NCBI RefSeq assembly: GCF_009914755.1
Contig: NC_060925.1
Direction: 5' to 3' (one strand)
DNA: 64,000 nucleotides
DNA from: the human T2T-CHM13v2.0 reference genome, Homo sapiens
Shown here: positions 1 through 22,407 of the stretch, one piece after another
Layout: each line of letters opens with the position of its first letter
Numbering within the stretch: position 1 is the stretch's first letter
Translations under genes and position numbers: made by a program
The notes under the pieces: model-generated
Seen by the model: the letters and a program-made list of their open reading frames with translations, nothing else
Told to the model about the DNA's origin: nothing
The model's database searches: none

Positions 1-2000
1 GAATCCTAGAAGAAGAGAAAGAGGACAAAGTGGAAGAAATATTTAAAGACATAATAATTTTTTTTTAAAAAATGAAATACATGAAACAACAGATCTAAGA
101 GATACAGAGAACCCCAAGCAGTAGATGCACTTTTAAAACACCTAAACACATCATTGCCAAACTGCTAAATACCAAAGACGAAGAGAACATCTTGAAGGAA
201 GCCAGAGAAAATAAACACATATAGAGAAACAAAGATTAGAAATACAACAACCTTCTTGTACGAAGCTATACAAGCCAGAAAAAAAAATGAAGTGATATCT
301 TTTAAAAATTGAGGAAAAAATCCCTTTCAGTCAAGAATTTTGTACCCAGAAAAAAATATCTCAAGAATGAAGGTAAGATAATGACTTTTTTAGACAAACA
401 AAATCTAGGATAATTAATTTCAGGCAGACTTGGTTCTATAAGAAATGTTAAGTTATAAGTTCTTTATGTAAAAGGAATATGATAACCAAATTGAAACTTG
501 AATATAATCAAGGAATGGAGGAGCACAAAAAGGTAAACATTAAGATAAATATAAAAGACATTCTATTTGTTGATTGCATTATGAGATATTTGACTAACTA
601 AAGATAAAAAGCATAACAATGCATTGTACAGTTTGTAAAATAAAGTAAACTATATGACAAAAACAGCACAAAATAATTGGAAGGAGAAATTGTAAATATA
701 TTGTTGTTTCTTATACTACATATGAACTGGTATAATACTATTGAAAGAAAGATAAGATAAAAAATGTATATTAGCTACCCAAGGCCAACCACTGAAAAAG
801 TTAAAAAGGAGTATAACTAAATGAACTAATAATAGATATAAAATGAAATCAAAGAAATAACTAATACAACCAAAGGCAGGAAAAGAACAAATCAAACAAA
901 GGAAAATAATAGCAATGTGGTAATGTAAAGCCAACCACATCTATAATTAATGTTAAATGATCTAGGACATCTGTTTTTAACCAAGACAGAATAATAGTGA
1001 CCACATTTACACTCCTGCCAGAAACCAAGAAACTGGACAAAATATGCAAAATGATTATTTTCAGTACCCTGAACATTAGTCAACAAAAGACAGTGATTCC
1101 TGAGAGATAGAGAACAAACAAAGTGAGACCTATGATTGCCCAGGTATACTCCTTTGGGAGAGTTCCTGGCTCTGGTTCAGGGAAAGCAAACCCAGGAAAA
1201 GCCTAGAATACTATCTGATGAGGAGACAGAGCTGAGAGTCCAGGGAAACTAAGGTAGCTAGGGTTTTCGGTAGAGAGTACCAGAAAGTCAACAACTGCAG
1301 AGGGAGAAAACTGAGATCTGCAGAGGGTCTCTCTCAAGTATTCTACAGGATACTGATCAGTGTGTGGGTGAGGGGAAACAATCTGAGACTGAGGAAAGAA
1401 CTACCCAAAAGGATTAGAGGAAACAGTACACGGCATTCACAGTGACTAGGAATAGTACCTAATCATACCAGCCAGGCTGGAAAACCTCACAATTCAGGGG
1501 GCATTGGGTAGAGTACTCCAAAAGATCTTCCTCAGTGTTTAGAAATAATGAGCCATAGTCTAAATATGACTCAGGTCCCACCTAACATATATTAAAAGCA
1601 ATACCTGAAAGGATCTAACTGTTTCCAAGTAACTTAATTGCATCCCTGAACAAAGCTCAAGAACATTTATAGAAATACAAAAATATCCAGCACACAAGGT
1701 AAAATTAACAATGTCTAGCATCCAGTAAAAAATTACAAAACATGAAAAGCAGGAAAATATTAACTAAAATAAGGGGGTAAATAAATAATCTGAAAATGAC
1801 ACAGAATTAATAGTGATGTTAAATTTAGCAGTCAAAGGCATTAAAATAGTTATTCCAAAAAATTAAGTAAAAACATGGATGATATAAAAGAGACCAAAAT
1901 AAAACTTACTTTAAGGATTAAAAATTACAATGTCTGAAATTTAAAAAAAAAACATTGAATGGGATTAACAACTGATTAGACATTGCAGAAGATGCATAAA
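1..2000 (+). mobile_element. Ancient L1M-type LINE fragments (ORF1/5' region)
   Basis: A-rich strand with degenerate ORF1-like motifs (ACACATCATTGCCAAACTGC, GAAGCCAGAGAAAA, TCAAGAATTTTGTACCCAG); no intact ORF. Confidence 0.65.
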
Positions 2001-2495
2001 CTTGCTGGTGATTAATACATTCAGATTTTTTAAGTCTAAAAATTTATCTACTTTGCCTTCATTTTTGAAAGATATTTTCAGTGGATATAAAAGTATATTG
2101 TGTAGAATGCTAAACTGACATTTTTTTTTTCAGTACTTTAAAGAAGTTACTCCATTGTCTTCATGCTGGCATTGTTTCTGATGATGAATTTGCTGTTATT
2201 CTTCTCTTAGTTCTTCTGTATGTAATGTCTCCATTCCCTGTGCCCCTCATCCCCCCAAATGTTTTTCCCTTTGTTACTGGCTTTGAGCAATTTGATGTTG
2301 TTGAGCAATTTTCTTCAAGTTTCATTGAGTTTCTTGAATCTGAGAGTTTATCATTTTCATGATATTTGGAAAGTTGGGAGCCATTATTTCTTCATGTATT
2401 TTTTCTATCCCCCTCCTGGGAAACCCCTAGTACATGTATATTATACCCATGACTTACTGATGCCCTGTTCACTTTTCAATTTTTTTCTATGTCTC

Positions 2496-2782
2496 TTTTT
2501 TTTTTTTTGAGACACAGTCTCACTCTGTTGCCCAGGCTGGAGGGCAGTGGCGCAATCTCGGCTCACTGCAACCTCTGCCTCCCATGTTCAAGCAATTCTC
2601 CTGCCTCAGCCTCCTGAGGAGCTGGGACTACAGGCACCTGCCACCACAGACAGCTAATTTTTGTATTTTTTAATGGGGTTTAACCATGTTGGCCAGGCTG
2701 GTGTCGAACTCCTGACCTCGTGATCTGCCCACCTCAGCCTCCCAAAGTGCGGGATTACAGGTGTGAACCATCGTGCCTGGCC
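2496..2782 (-). mobile_element. AluS
   Basis: Poly-T followed by the reverse-complement Alu dimer, ending ...GTGCCTGGCC. Confidence 0.95.
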
Positions 2783-2948
2783 TTCTCTGTGTTTCATTTT
2801 GGATAGTATCTATTGCTATGTCCTCAAGTTTATTAATTTTTTTTCTGCAATGTCTTACCTTTTGTTAATCCTATCTAGTGTAATTTTTATTTCAGAAATT
2901 ATAATTTTCATCTCTAGAAGCTCAACTTGGATTTTTTTGCTTGTTTGA

Positions 2949-3079
2949 CACTGTGCAACCCCCTTCGCTACACACAGCCCATGGGAAGGAGGCTGGGCAA
3001 TGGTTCAAGGCTCAAGTTTACACTGGCATGGGTACGCTATGAGGCCCACAGAGAAGGGCCCCCAATGAACCCACTACCA
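2949..3079 (-). ncRNA. SNORA42: H/ACA snoRNA retrocopy, SNORA42/SNORA80 (ACA42) family, probably a pseudogene
   Basis: Minus strand reads TGGTAGTGGGTTCATTGGGGGCCCTTCTCTGTGGGCCTCATAGCGTACCCATGCCA...GAACCATTGCCCAG...GAAGGGGGTTGCACAGTG: two hairpins, ACA 3 nt from the end, closely resembling ACA42 as I recall it. Followed by an A-rich tail (2932-2948) and inserted into old L1 sequence. Confidence 0.85.
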
Positions 3080-4348
3080 TGTTGTTGGGTTTGTTTTATG
3101 TCTTTCGTTTCTCTACTTATCATGTTTAATCTTTCACCTAAGTTTCTGAATATATGAGATACAACTTAAGATGACCATTTTGATTTTGTTTTTCTGCTTC
3201 TATCATCTATGTCAGTTTTGTGAGTTTCAGTTGATATATTGTCCTCCCTGTTATGGCTCACTTTCTCCTGTATACTTCTTTATATGTTTGGTAATTTTTA
3301 TAGGATCTCAGTCATTGTAAATTTGCTTTATTGGGTGACAGATATTTGTGCATTTCATAAATATCCTTGAACTTTGTTCTGTAATACAGAGTTATTAGAA
3401 AGAGTTTGACACTTTCAGGTCTTGCTTCTAAGCTTTGTTTGGCACAACCTGAGCAATGTTTCAACTAGGGGGCTTTTTGTCCCACTACTGAGGGAATACC
3501 TTTCTGATTACACTACCCAGTGCTCCACAAACTGAGGTTTTTCAGCCTGGCTGGTCATAACAGGCACTATTTACATTCCTGTGTGAGTTCTAGGTACTGT
3601 TCCCTCTTATCCATTCAGAGGATTCTCTCCTCACACATCTGCACTCAACAGGACTCAGCTGAATGCTTGAGGGGATTCGCTGTGGATTTCCAGGGTTTTC
3701 TCTCTCTGCAGCCCTCTCATCTCTGTTACTCTGTCCTGCAAACTCTAGTCTCCTTGGCCTCCCTGAGATCCTAGGCCTCCCTCTTCAAGGCAAGGAGATC
3801 AATAGTCTCCACTTGGGTTTCCTCTCCCTGTACAACCTAAAAATTCCCTCTAGACAGCAAGCTGTGACAACTGTAGGGAATACCTAATTTGTTTTCAGTC
3901 TCTCAGGAATCGTGGTCTTCTGTTACCTGATGTCCAATTTCTGGAATCCTGTTGTTTCCTATATTTTGTCCTAATTCATAGTTATTTCAGGTGGGAGAAT
4001 AAATCTGGCCCTGTTAGTCTATTGTGGCCCTCATGTTTTTTTAAAAAAACATTTAAAACAAAGTACATGTTTGAAGACTGTATTGTTAAACTTAAAAATA
4101 TAAAAATATTAAGATCCAAACTTAAAAACATTTGTAATTAAAATTAAGAACTTTGTTTTATTCTGTAACTTACAATTTATTTGTCTTTCATATTTTCACC
4201 TGGGAGGGGAGGAAACAAACAAATAATGCTGCAGAGGAATTTTTTTTTTTTTTAAGAAAAGGATAGGTAGAAAAGTGGTGGTGAGGATTGGACAGTGATC
4301 ATTAATTAGGGAAAGAAAGAGGAATAAAGAAACAACAAAAAGAAATCT

Positions 4349-4815
4349 GCTGGGCAGGGTGGCTCACGCTTGTAATCCCAGCACTTTGGGAGGCCAAGGA
4401 GGGTGGATCACCTGAGGTCAGGAATTTGAGACCAGCCTGGCCAACACAGTAAAACCCCATCTCTACTAAAAATACAAAAAATTAACTGGATGTGTTGGTG
4501 GGCACCTGTAATCCCAGCTACTCAGGAGGCTGAGGCAAGAGAATCACTTGAACCTGGGATGTGGAGGTTGCAGTGAGCCAAGAACATGACACTGCACTCC
4601 AGCCTTGGCAACAAGAGCAAAACTGCATCTCAAAAACCAACTAAAATAAAAAAAGAAAGAAAAGAAGAAAGAAATCTGATGGGCATGGTGGCACATACCT
4701 ATAGTCATAGCTACTTGAGAGGCTGGCGGGGGGAAGTTTGAACCAACCTGAGCAACATAGCAAGACCCCATCTCTTTCAAACAAAAAAAGAAAGAAAGAA
4801 AAGAAAAAGAAAAGA
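4349..4815 (+). mobile_element. AluS followed by a FLAM/Alu monomer
   Basis: Full Alu 4349-~4670 flanked by AAAGAAATCTG repeats, then a left-monomer-like unit 4679-4815 with a GAAA-rich tail. Confidence 0.9.
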
Positions 4816-5091
4816 GATTTGTCTTAGTTATCTACAAATAGTGTGGTAGGAAAGTCCTGAGCTGCGAACCAGAAGACCTGAGTTTAGCCTGTCTTGTGAC
4901 ATTGGTAAAGTTATTTAACCTACTTGATTTTGGAAATTACCATTAAATAAGTAATAGATAAAAATGACTATTACAATGCCTGACACATTGTAAAAACACA
5001 ATAAATATTAATTGCTTCTGTCTGTTCATTTATATAGTTCACAAATCAGCAAAGATTGAATACAAACCCTTTTTTAAAATGTAGGTTTTAT

Positions 5092-5387
5092 CGGGGGCAT
5101 GGTGGCTCATGCCTGCAATCCTAACACTTAGGGAGGCCAAGGGGGGCGGATCACCTAAGGTCAAGAGTTCGAAACCAGCCTGGCCAACTTGGTGAAACCC
5201 CGTGTGTATTAAAAATACAAAAATTAGCTGGGTGTGGTGGTGCATCCCTGTAATCCCAGCTACTTGGGAGGCTGAGGGCAGGAGAATTGCTTGAACCTGA
5301 GACGCAGAGGTTGCAGTAAGCCGAGATCATGCCACTGCACTCCAGCCTGGGCAACACAGCGAGACTCATCTTAAAAAAAAAAAAAAA
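5092..5387 (+). mobile_element. AluS
   Basis: Alu dimer with poly-A; TSD-like GTAGGTTTTAT on both sides. Confidence 0.95.
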
Positions 5388-5389
5388 GT

Positions 5390-5920
5390 AGGTTTTATTA
5401 TACTGGGGTATGGTGAGGCCAACAGATCAGGAGACAATTGCCATTGAAAAGATAGTTGGTTCCTCATAGTTCCTAAGGGGAGAATGCATGCCATGCTGTG
5501 CAAGGCCACACAGGGACGCACCACAGTCGGCCAAGAGGCAGACAGAGCAGGCAGGAAACATGGGCAAGAGCTTTTATTGTGGTCCCTATGGGAAGAAACA
5601 GGCCAAGCAGGGTAAGCAGGCTTAGGATTGGCTAGTTTAAATAACATCAGCAGGCTCTGGGGTGTAAGGACTGTCTCTATTTTTCTGGTATCTGACCCTG
5701 GAGTGATTTGGGCAGGGGGATAATGGCCCAGTATCTGACCCCTGCAAGAGCTCAGTAAAGGAGTTGGTTGGGGTACAGGGTCTGGATTGATTCGTTTGCA
5801 CACGAAAAGGATGCTTATGGGTGAGCCTTTACTATCACTAGGAACTAACTAACCCTGGGAAGCAGGCCTCCAGATGTCAAAGCATCAGAAATCCAGAAAA
5901 TAAATAGGCATGATTAATAC
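5390..5920 (-). mobile_element. Old ERV solo LTR (MER77-like; family uncertain)
   Basis: On the minus strand begins TGTATTAATCATG..., contains AATAAA signals, ~530 bp; resemblance from memory only. Confidence 0.45.
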
Positions 5921-6803
5921 AAAGTCTGACTGCTAAGGTGGGTTAACAGTGTTGTCCTACCATGCCCAGACCTAGCCCTCCTCTCTGCAGCTCCCATGGA
6001 GACCACTTGTAACTCAGAAGGGAGGGCAGGGTGGACTGCTTGCAGACCAGGAGCCAAGGCCTTCCTTGCATGCCTGCGTTTCCTCCACAGCCAGAAAGAG
6101 TCTCAGCCTGGGCCAGAAGCTCTGGAGGCTGGTTCACCCTGGGGAAATAATGCCACCTGGTGTCAGTCCAAATAATTAGTTCAACACTGTATGTGGTGTG
6201 TTATTCAAGTGTTTCTCATAAATAGTTTAATGAATTACTGATGATGATGCCACAGATGAAATAAACAACACTAGAGAAGAAACTTCTGGGTCTCCAGAAG
6301 GTGGTATTAGCCTGGTGCAGCTCTGCCCATGACTGGCCCTGAGTGTGATCCTTTGCACTGCCCCAGCAAGTGGAATCATCTGGGGAGCACCCAGCAGCCC
6401 TAAGGCCACATGCACTGACTGGTATCTTTATCAGACTCTCTCTCTGCTTGACTTGTATCCTTTTCAATGACAACAAGGCTGCCAAAGTGAGGGGTTGGCT
6501 GTAGTCTTGGCAGGATCCCACTTTTGCGACCTGAGATCTCTATCTGACATTGGGTCCCTCCCAATCCCCAAGGTAACACTAGCCACTGGGCCTGGGAGTG
6601 GGCCTGCCTGCCAGGGCCTGCAGAGAAGCCTGGCGGGACACCAGTGACTGGCGCGCCTGGGAGTCAGTACACTTGGTCCACAGACCATGACTGCTTGCTT
6701 AGGCTCCTGTGGGCCAGTGGCTTTCCACAGAACAAGCTTGTTTCCTGTTTGTATACTACACTCTCAAACCCAGGCAAGGCTATTTACTAGAAAATCCCAC
6801 CAT

Positions 6804-8919
<2,116 letters not shown>

Positions 8920-9564
8920 TAGACACAGAAGAGCCATTAGAGACTGCTATGTCTAGGGCCCCTGAAAGGAACCAATTAGGTCCCTTGGCAATTTTCTCAA
9001 TTCGAAGGGCCCATTCAAACTCTTTGCAAAAATTTGGGAAATGTGCGGTTTTTCAGTAGTTTCCATCCCATTGGCAATCAAATTCTCAAAGGGCCCTGAG
9101 AAGCCATCAGATACATGTCTTCTCCCAGCTGGCTCTATTTCTTGGCTGACTGTATCTCCTGGACCCCCTGATTCTGGCAGAGCTTTTTGCCTCCTACCTC
9201 ATGGCAAATACTGAGGCACCTTTGACCTCCTGCACTCACCGGTGGTCTCACCTCTGTCTGCACCTGTACAAGGCTAGTCTTTCCACCTGTGCTCTCCATC
9301 ACACATCTTCTTTGTCCCACAAGTTACCCCTTCTTAAATTTTGAACTCGTCTGGTTGCTTCTCCCTGGTCTATACAAAGGTTTCAGGGTTTCTCATGTCA
9401 AAACAAAACAACAGCCCCTGCCACACTCCCTATCTAATCTCTGCTTCACACGGTCTGTATTCCTCTACCCACTTCTTGTTCTTTTCTCTACTGCATTGCC
9501 AGCTATATGTAATCTCTGAAACCTTTAGTCACTATCACTAGCCTATCTTCTCCTGAGTTCTAAA

Positions 9565-9800
9565 TCTATACTGTTAGAAAGCAGTATTGCTTATGGATCA
9601 AAAATGAGGAATCTATGTTCAGCCAGTCTGGGTTCAAAGCCTGGCCCCACCAGTTAGCAGCTGTTGATCTCAAGCAAGTTAACCTTTCTGTGCTTGAGTT
9701 TTTCTCTTTGTAAAATCCACCTACATCATCAGTTGTAGTGAGGAATAAATAAGACATGAAATGCTTAGCACAGTGCCTGACACATAACGAATGATCAGTA
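9565..9800 (+). mobile_element. MIR
   Basis: CTGGGTTCAAA...CAAGTTAACCTTTCTGTGCTTGAGTTTT...GTAAAAT...GCTTAGCACAGTGCCTG core. Confidence 0.75.
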
Positions 9801-10127
9801 ATGTGAACTATTATTCTTTGCACCTGCACATCCTACAGGTTCCTTACATTCAACATGCCTAGAATTAAACTAACCTTTTCTCCTTGAGCTTCTTCCTCTG
9901 CCTGGTTCCCCATTTGTGATTGAGCTTTGCCTGTGAAGGCTGCATTAACTAAGGGCTATTGGCCTCTCTGGGCTTCCTATGGTCTCACCAGCCTCCCATT
10001 TGGTCTCCCTGCCTTTACTTTTCCCACCCACCAAACCACTCTCCACACTGCAGTCAAGATTGGCTCATCTTATTCCTCTCCGTAAAAACCCAGTGGCTCC
10101 CCATTGTCCATCAGATACAATCTGAAC

Positions 10128-10471
<344 letters not shown>

Positions 10472-11312
10472 TGAGCTTTGGCGCTGCTCCTGTTCCAGGC
10501 CCATCCCCACTCTCTCCCCCGTATCCCAGCCTGCTTCCTCTCTTATGCTCCCATGATGCCAAACTGCCAACAGGCGCCCCACAGAGCTGTCCTGCTTCAA
10601 CACTCTGTACCTGCCTCTCCTTCCCCTGAAACACCCCCACATTCAGCACCTTGTTTCTTCAGACCTGTGAAGTCCATTAGCGTGGAAGTCACAAATGTGC
10701 CTTCCTGGATCTACTCTGTCACACTTCTGTGCCTTGGCCCAAAATGCTCTCTCCCCCTTGATCTGCCAAATACACCCTTTTCCTTCTGGTTCCAGAGTTA
10801 CAACCAGGTGAAGCCATGCCACTTTTGCAGATTTAGCTAGTCCTTCTCTCTGTGCTCCCACGGTGCTCCCATCCTGCCTCTGGTCTCTGTCAGGGCACTG
10901 GCACTATCAGCACTATGGTATTTGATGGGAAGACTTTGTTTATGTAGCAGTCTTGCCCTGGAGCGCCTGAGCTCCTCCAGGAGAGTGCCGTATGCACCCT
11001 CACCCCACTTCTCCATGTCCTTTCCTGCTTTATTTTCTCCTTAGCACTCATTACCATTGGACATACTACACATGATGCTCATTTGTCCATCTCTCCCCAC
11101 TAAAATATGAACTCTCTGAGTACAGAAGCTTTAGTCTGTTTTAATATATCCCCAGAGACTAGAATAGTAACTGGTACACAGTGAGTGTTCAATAAATGTT
11201 TGTTGAATTAATTGTTGAATCACTGATCAATGTTACATTACCTAATTTTATATCTCTAGTAGCTAACATATTGCCTAGCACATAGTAGATACCAGAAGAA
11301 GATATCATAGAA

Positions 11313-11440
11313 GTCAGGCACTGTGGCATGCACTTATAGTCCCAGAGGCTAAGGTGGGAAGATTGCTTAAGATCAGGAATTTGAGTCCAGCCTGGGCAAT
11401 ATAGTAAGACTGTTTCTAAAAAATAAACTTAAATAAAAAT
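11313..11440 (+). mobile_element. FLAM/Alu monomer
   Basis: GTCAGGCACTGTGGCATGCACTTATAGTCCCAG...CAGCCTGGGCAAT followed by an A tail. Confidence 0.8.
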
Positions 11441-12680
11441 GAAATTTTAAAACACTTGGAAAGAACATTTCAGGTTTATCTGTGGTGCCTGAGCACGTAC
11501 TCTTAAGGAAAAAAAAAAATCCAAACATTAGTGTTGTATTCCAGGTTCTCTACCTTCTAATCCTGGCCACTCAATTTTGAATCCTCTTTGTCTCAGCATA
11601 AGCCTTTATCTTGACCCTGACTGCCCTGCTTCCTGCCCTTGAGTAAATACCAGGCATTGCTCTTCCTCTCTCTGGCCCACACTCCAAACAGAAACACTGT
11701 TGAACCATTCTTCAACATGTACATACTGAGCACCTGGGATCCAGCCACTGTCCTCCACCTATGCCTATTCCATTTCTCTTTCCTCAAGGCGAGGACAAAT
11801 TGACCCTCCCTTGGGAAGCTTTCCCTAACTATCCAGGCCTGTGTGACTCTCTCACTGGGCACTAATGACCCATACTGTAGCACCTCATCACTGGCATTAT
11901 TAACCAGCAGACATAAAATAAACGTATGTAGATTTTACAGAAAATGGCCCTTTAAAGAATTGGCACTTTTTAACATTTCAAACATTTTGGATGGAAATTT
12001 TTCTGATATTTATTTTACATCTTCTCTGTCTTCTCAAATAGAGTACTATATACAGAAGGGCCATCTCACCTTTTACAACGAAGGCACTGTGCATCCCTAG
12101 CCATTATTCTGTGATGTGTAGTGTGTCAGGAGCAAAAGAGAAGGGCATGAGCTCTGGAATTAAACAATCCTCATAGTGATCCTCTTTGCAGTCCCTGGGG
12201 TCTTCCTGAGGTCACTGCCTGACTCTTTTTGATGTGTTGCTAATCTATAGTGAATCAGATAGTAAAGTTTATTAGAATTGTTAGTAAACCAAGTGTAAAC
12301 AGTATCTAAGTGGGGTATGAGGGAGTCACTTGTTTATCAACCCTCTCTACTTTAAGGCATAGACTTTGCACAGTCTATTTTGTGGATCAGAGGCCTTTCT
12401 CACTTAACTCCTGTTATTTGGGGTTTACTCATAATTCTTGAGGTTGGTTAAGTAACTTCTTAAAAAAGTGTGATTTAATGCATTTAGCATTTTACGTATT
12501 ATCTTCTGTTAACAACCTTTATATGCATATATAAAAACTCTGTAATTAGATTGTTCTCTGGTTAAATTATTAGCTTCCCAGGGCAAAAAGTATTTTATAG
12601 TCATTTACTCATGTGCTAAGTATTTTAGAAAGCAACTACTATGTGAAAAGATCTGTGACAGAAAAAAGATAAATAAGACA

Positions 12681-13842
12681 TGGTATTTACACATTATTGA
12701 GGAGATAAGACACAAATAACAATACAAAGCAATAAGGTAAATGTAAAAAATTCAGAGTGCTATGGCAATTCAAATAGAAGAAACTTCTGGTTGGGAGACC
12801 TGTGAAAGGCTTCATGAAACAGGTGGCATTTGAGTTGGGTCTTCGTGAACAGGAAAAATTTCAGTGGGTAGCTGAGAAGGAAAAACAAACTCAGTTCTTC
12901 CTATGTACTCTCACAACATGGAATGCTTCTCTGACCACAAGTGTAAGGGATTTTCCCACAGACCAAGCAAGCAAGCAATTCTGCAGGAGATACCACCTGG
13001 GTATCCTCTAATTCAAATCGATTCTGACACTATGGACTTGAAGAGTGTCAAGACCCACAGGCTGAGGGCTCAGCCTCCAAGAATGCCCTCACTTCGGCCA
13101 GTTGCAAGTCCAGGACTCTGGAACTTATGGCCAACTGGCTATAAATCAGGGTTCCCACAACCCCCTCATCAGATTCGATTAATTTGTTACAGTGGATCAT
13201 AGAACTCAGGGAAACACTTATGTTGATGATAAAGGATATCTGAAATAATACAAATCAACAGTCAGATGAAGAGACACACAGCAGGAGGTCTGGAAGGGTG
13301 GCACCCAGGAGCTTCCATCTTGGTGGAATTGGGCTCCGCCACCCTCTAGACACATGGATATGTTCTTCTTCACTGTCCTAGAAGCCTCCATGTGTTTGCC
13401 TATCTAGTAGTTACCCAAACCCAGTCCTTTGGGGTTTTTACGGAAGCTTCATCACAGAGGCACGATTGATTAAATCATTGGCCACTGTGATCAGCTTAAC
13501 CTTCACCCCCCTCTCCTCTCAGCTGGTATCTGCTGCAGAATTGATTGCTAGCTTGGTGTGTGGGGAAATATTCCTACAGCGGGGTCTGAAAAGCATTCTG
13601 TATTGTGAGAGTACAATAGGAAGAAACTAAGTTTATTTTTTCTTCTCAGCTACCCACTAAAATTTTTCCTATCCACCAAGCCCCAGTTGAAAAGCCACCA
13701 GTTGCACGAAGACTTCTGCAGGTCTCCCAAACAGAAAACAGTTTCTCCTATTTGAATTCCCACAGCACTCAATCTGAATGCTCACCTTGTTGCTTCCTAT
13801 TGGTTATTTGCATCCTATCTCCTCAATAATGTATAAATACCA
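12681..13842. repeat. Diverged inverted repeat, arms 12681-12998 and 13521-13842
   Basis: By-eye alignment, e.g. ATTATTGAGGAGATA / TATCTCCTCAATAAT and GGAAAAATTTCAGTGGGTAGCTGAGAAG / CTTCTCAGCTACCCACTAAAATTTTTCC. Confidence 0.9.
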
Positions 13843-14192
13843 CAGGCAGAACCCTTCAACCCTGTCACTACAGAATTGGTTTCCCTGACAACCAGTATCT
13901 CTCCCCCAATGCTACAAAGTGTTAACTAGGGACTTCCCAAAAATTGCCTCATTAACATAAGCTCAGGTGTGGGTGAAAAGCATTTGTTATAAATAACAAA
14001 AGACTGTCTTTCACCTTTATCACTCTGAAACTGTTTCCAGAGCTGCTTCAGGAATCAAGGACAAAAAGTCAAATACTTGAACAAAAGATATCCTTACTGC
14101 TCTAGTCATTTAGGAAATAAGAATCTCACAGGAGATGTGAGCCAGGAACCACCATGGATGAAAACCAAAACATATACATCATCATATCACTG
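12870..14192 (-). mobile_element. MER21-like LTR interrupted by an inverted duplication (13521-13842)
   Basis: Characteristic segments CTAATTCAAATCGATTCTGACACTAT, CAGAGGCACGATTGATTAAATCATTGGCC, AATAACAAAAGAC and terminal CATATCAC. Confidence 0.7.
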
Positions 14193-14561
14193 CAGCATAC
14201 CAAGATTTGGGAAAGCTGTGAGAATGAGAAGGGAGAAATATTTGTATGCATTTGTGGAACACAGAGTCTTGAGATCATCCAGTGCATAGTACCCCACTTC
14301 CCACATTGAATTTGCAACAAATATATTAGTGAAACAAAGAAATGGCATGTGGCACCCACAATATTACTTTTATTACTAATTAAGGATAAGCTGGAGCACT
14401 CAACTTTGGGCAAAAGCCAAATGAGGCTGAACCACTTGGTAACAGTAACCTTGAGCTAGAGCAGGCCTCCATCATTCAGTTCTTGAGAAGTTTTCCAATG
14501 CTTACCTTTTCAGCTTGAACACTTAAGATCACTGGAGAAAAATGGACAGTAAATGGCATTT

Positions 14562-21327
<6,766 letters not shown>

Positions 21328-22368
21328 TCTACATGGCATTTAAAGGTGAATTTATTATTTTAAAATAGGTTATTTGCAACTACCCCTCTTTCCCACAAAA
21401 CATCATCTGGTAAGGTGGCTAGACATAAGAACCTAAGTGAATTAGAATTACTTTCTGAAAACTCATTGAAGATCTCTGTGTTAATTGGAGCTATTCAGGT
21501 ACATGACTAGAATTGGAAATCCCTGGCCTGTTTGAACTTTGAAAGTTCTACATTTTAGAGATGAGAGAGACATGTTTTTATAATGTTCTACATTTCTGAC
21601 CCTGAGTGCTGATTTGGGTGAATAGACCATTGGCTTTACCCATAGGAACCTGGCTGCCTGAGTCAGCAACATCTGCTCTCTGGAGCCTACTGGGAGGCTG
21701 GGGGTGGGGGAGGAAGATGGTCTAGGCCACTGAGTGGGGCAGCAGAGCCTGGGGACTAGGAGTGGTGAAAATCAGCCACATTGAACATATGGGTGTCTTC
21801 TCAAGGAAATGTGACATATGCGAGAGAAAATGGAGTCTAGAAGGGATGAGGAAGAGGTGATCAAGGGAGTGAGGGGTTCTTGGAGCCAAGGTTCCCTGAT
21901 TAAGGCTAGTCAGGGTGGGCCTGCATTTCCCCACCCCAAATGCCCGCAATACTCCTGTAGACAACTCTTAGGAAATTCAGCACTTCATTATACACTGCTT
22001 CCACTGGAAAATCCTGCCACGTAAGCAGCTTTGGGTCCCAGCTAGATTGGAGATGATCAGTAAGGAACCCTAATGCTACCAACACAAGACAACTAAGAAA
22101 AGTGCAAATATTCATGAAAATCGTTGCCAACTGTTTTGTAATCCTCACCACAATCCTGCAAGGTGGACAGCAGCATCCTCACCACTTTTCAGACAGGTAA
22201 ACAAAGGCTCAGAAAGGAAACAGTACCTGGTTGGAATCAGCACTGAAGCTTCAGCTACCTGCCTGCAGAGATGTGCTCATCTAGCAGTTTCTAGGAGACT
22301 AGGCTGGCGGCAGTGCCTGCTCTGATAAGGGAGGAGGAGGGGAGAGGCTTGCTGTGGTGGCTTGTAGG

Positions 22369-22370
<2 letters not shown>

Positions 22371-22406
<36 letters not shown>
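22371..22406. repeat. (GT)18 microsatellite; a second (TG)12 at 22618-22641
   Basis: Read directly. Confidence 0.97.

Positions 22407-22407
<1 letters not shown>

Larger units (their letters stand above)
2010..4030 (-). mobile_element. Ancient L1M/HAL1-type LINE fragment, interrupted by an Alu and the snoRNA copy
   Basis: Switch to a T-rich strand carrying reverse-complement ORF1-like motifs. Confidence 0.6.

Noticed and set aside
6151-6166. CTCF-like motif TGCCACCTGGTGTCAG
   Set aside because: Mismatch in the core (GT where GG is expected); cannot be supported without ChIP data.
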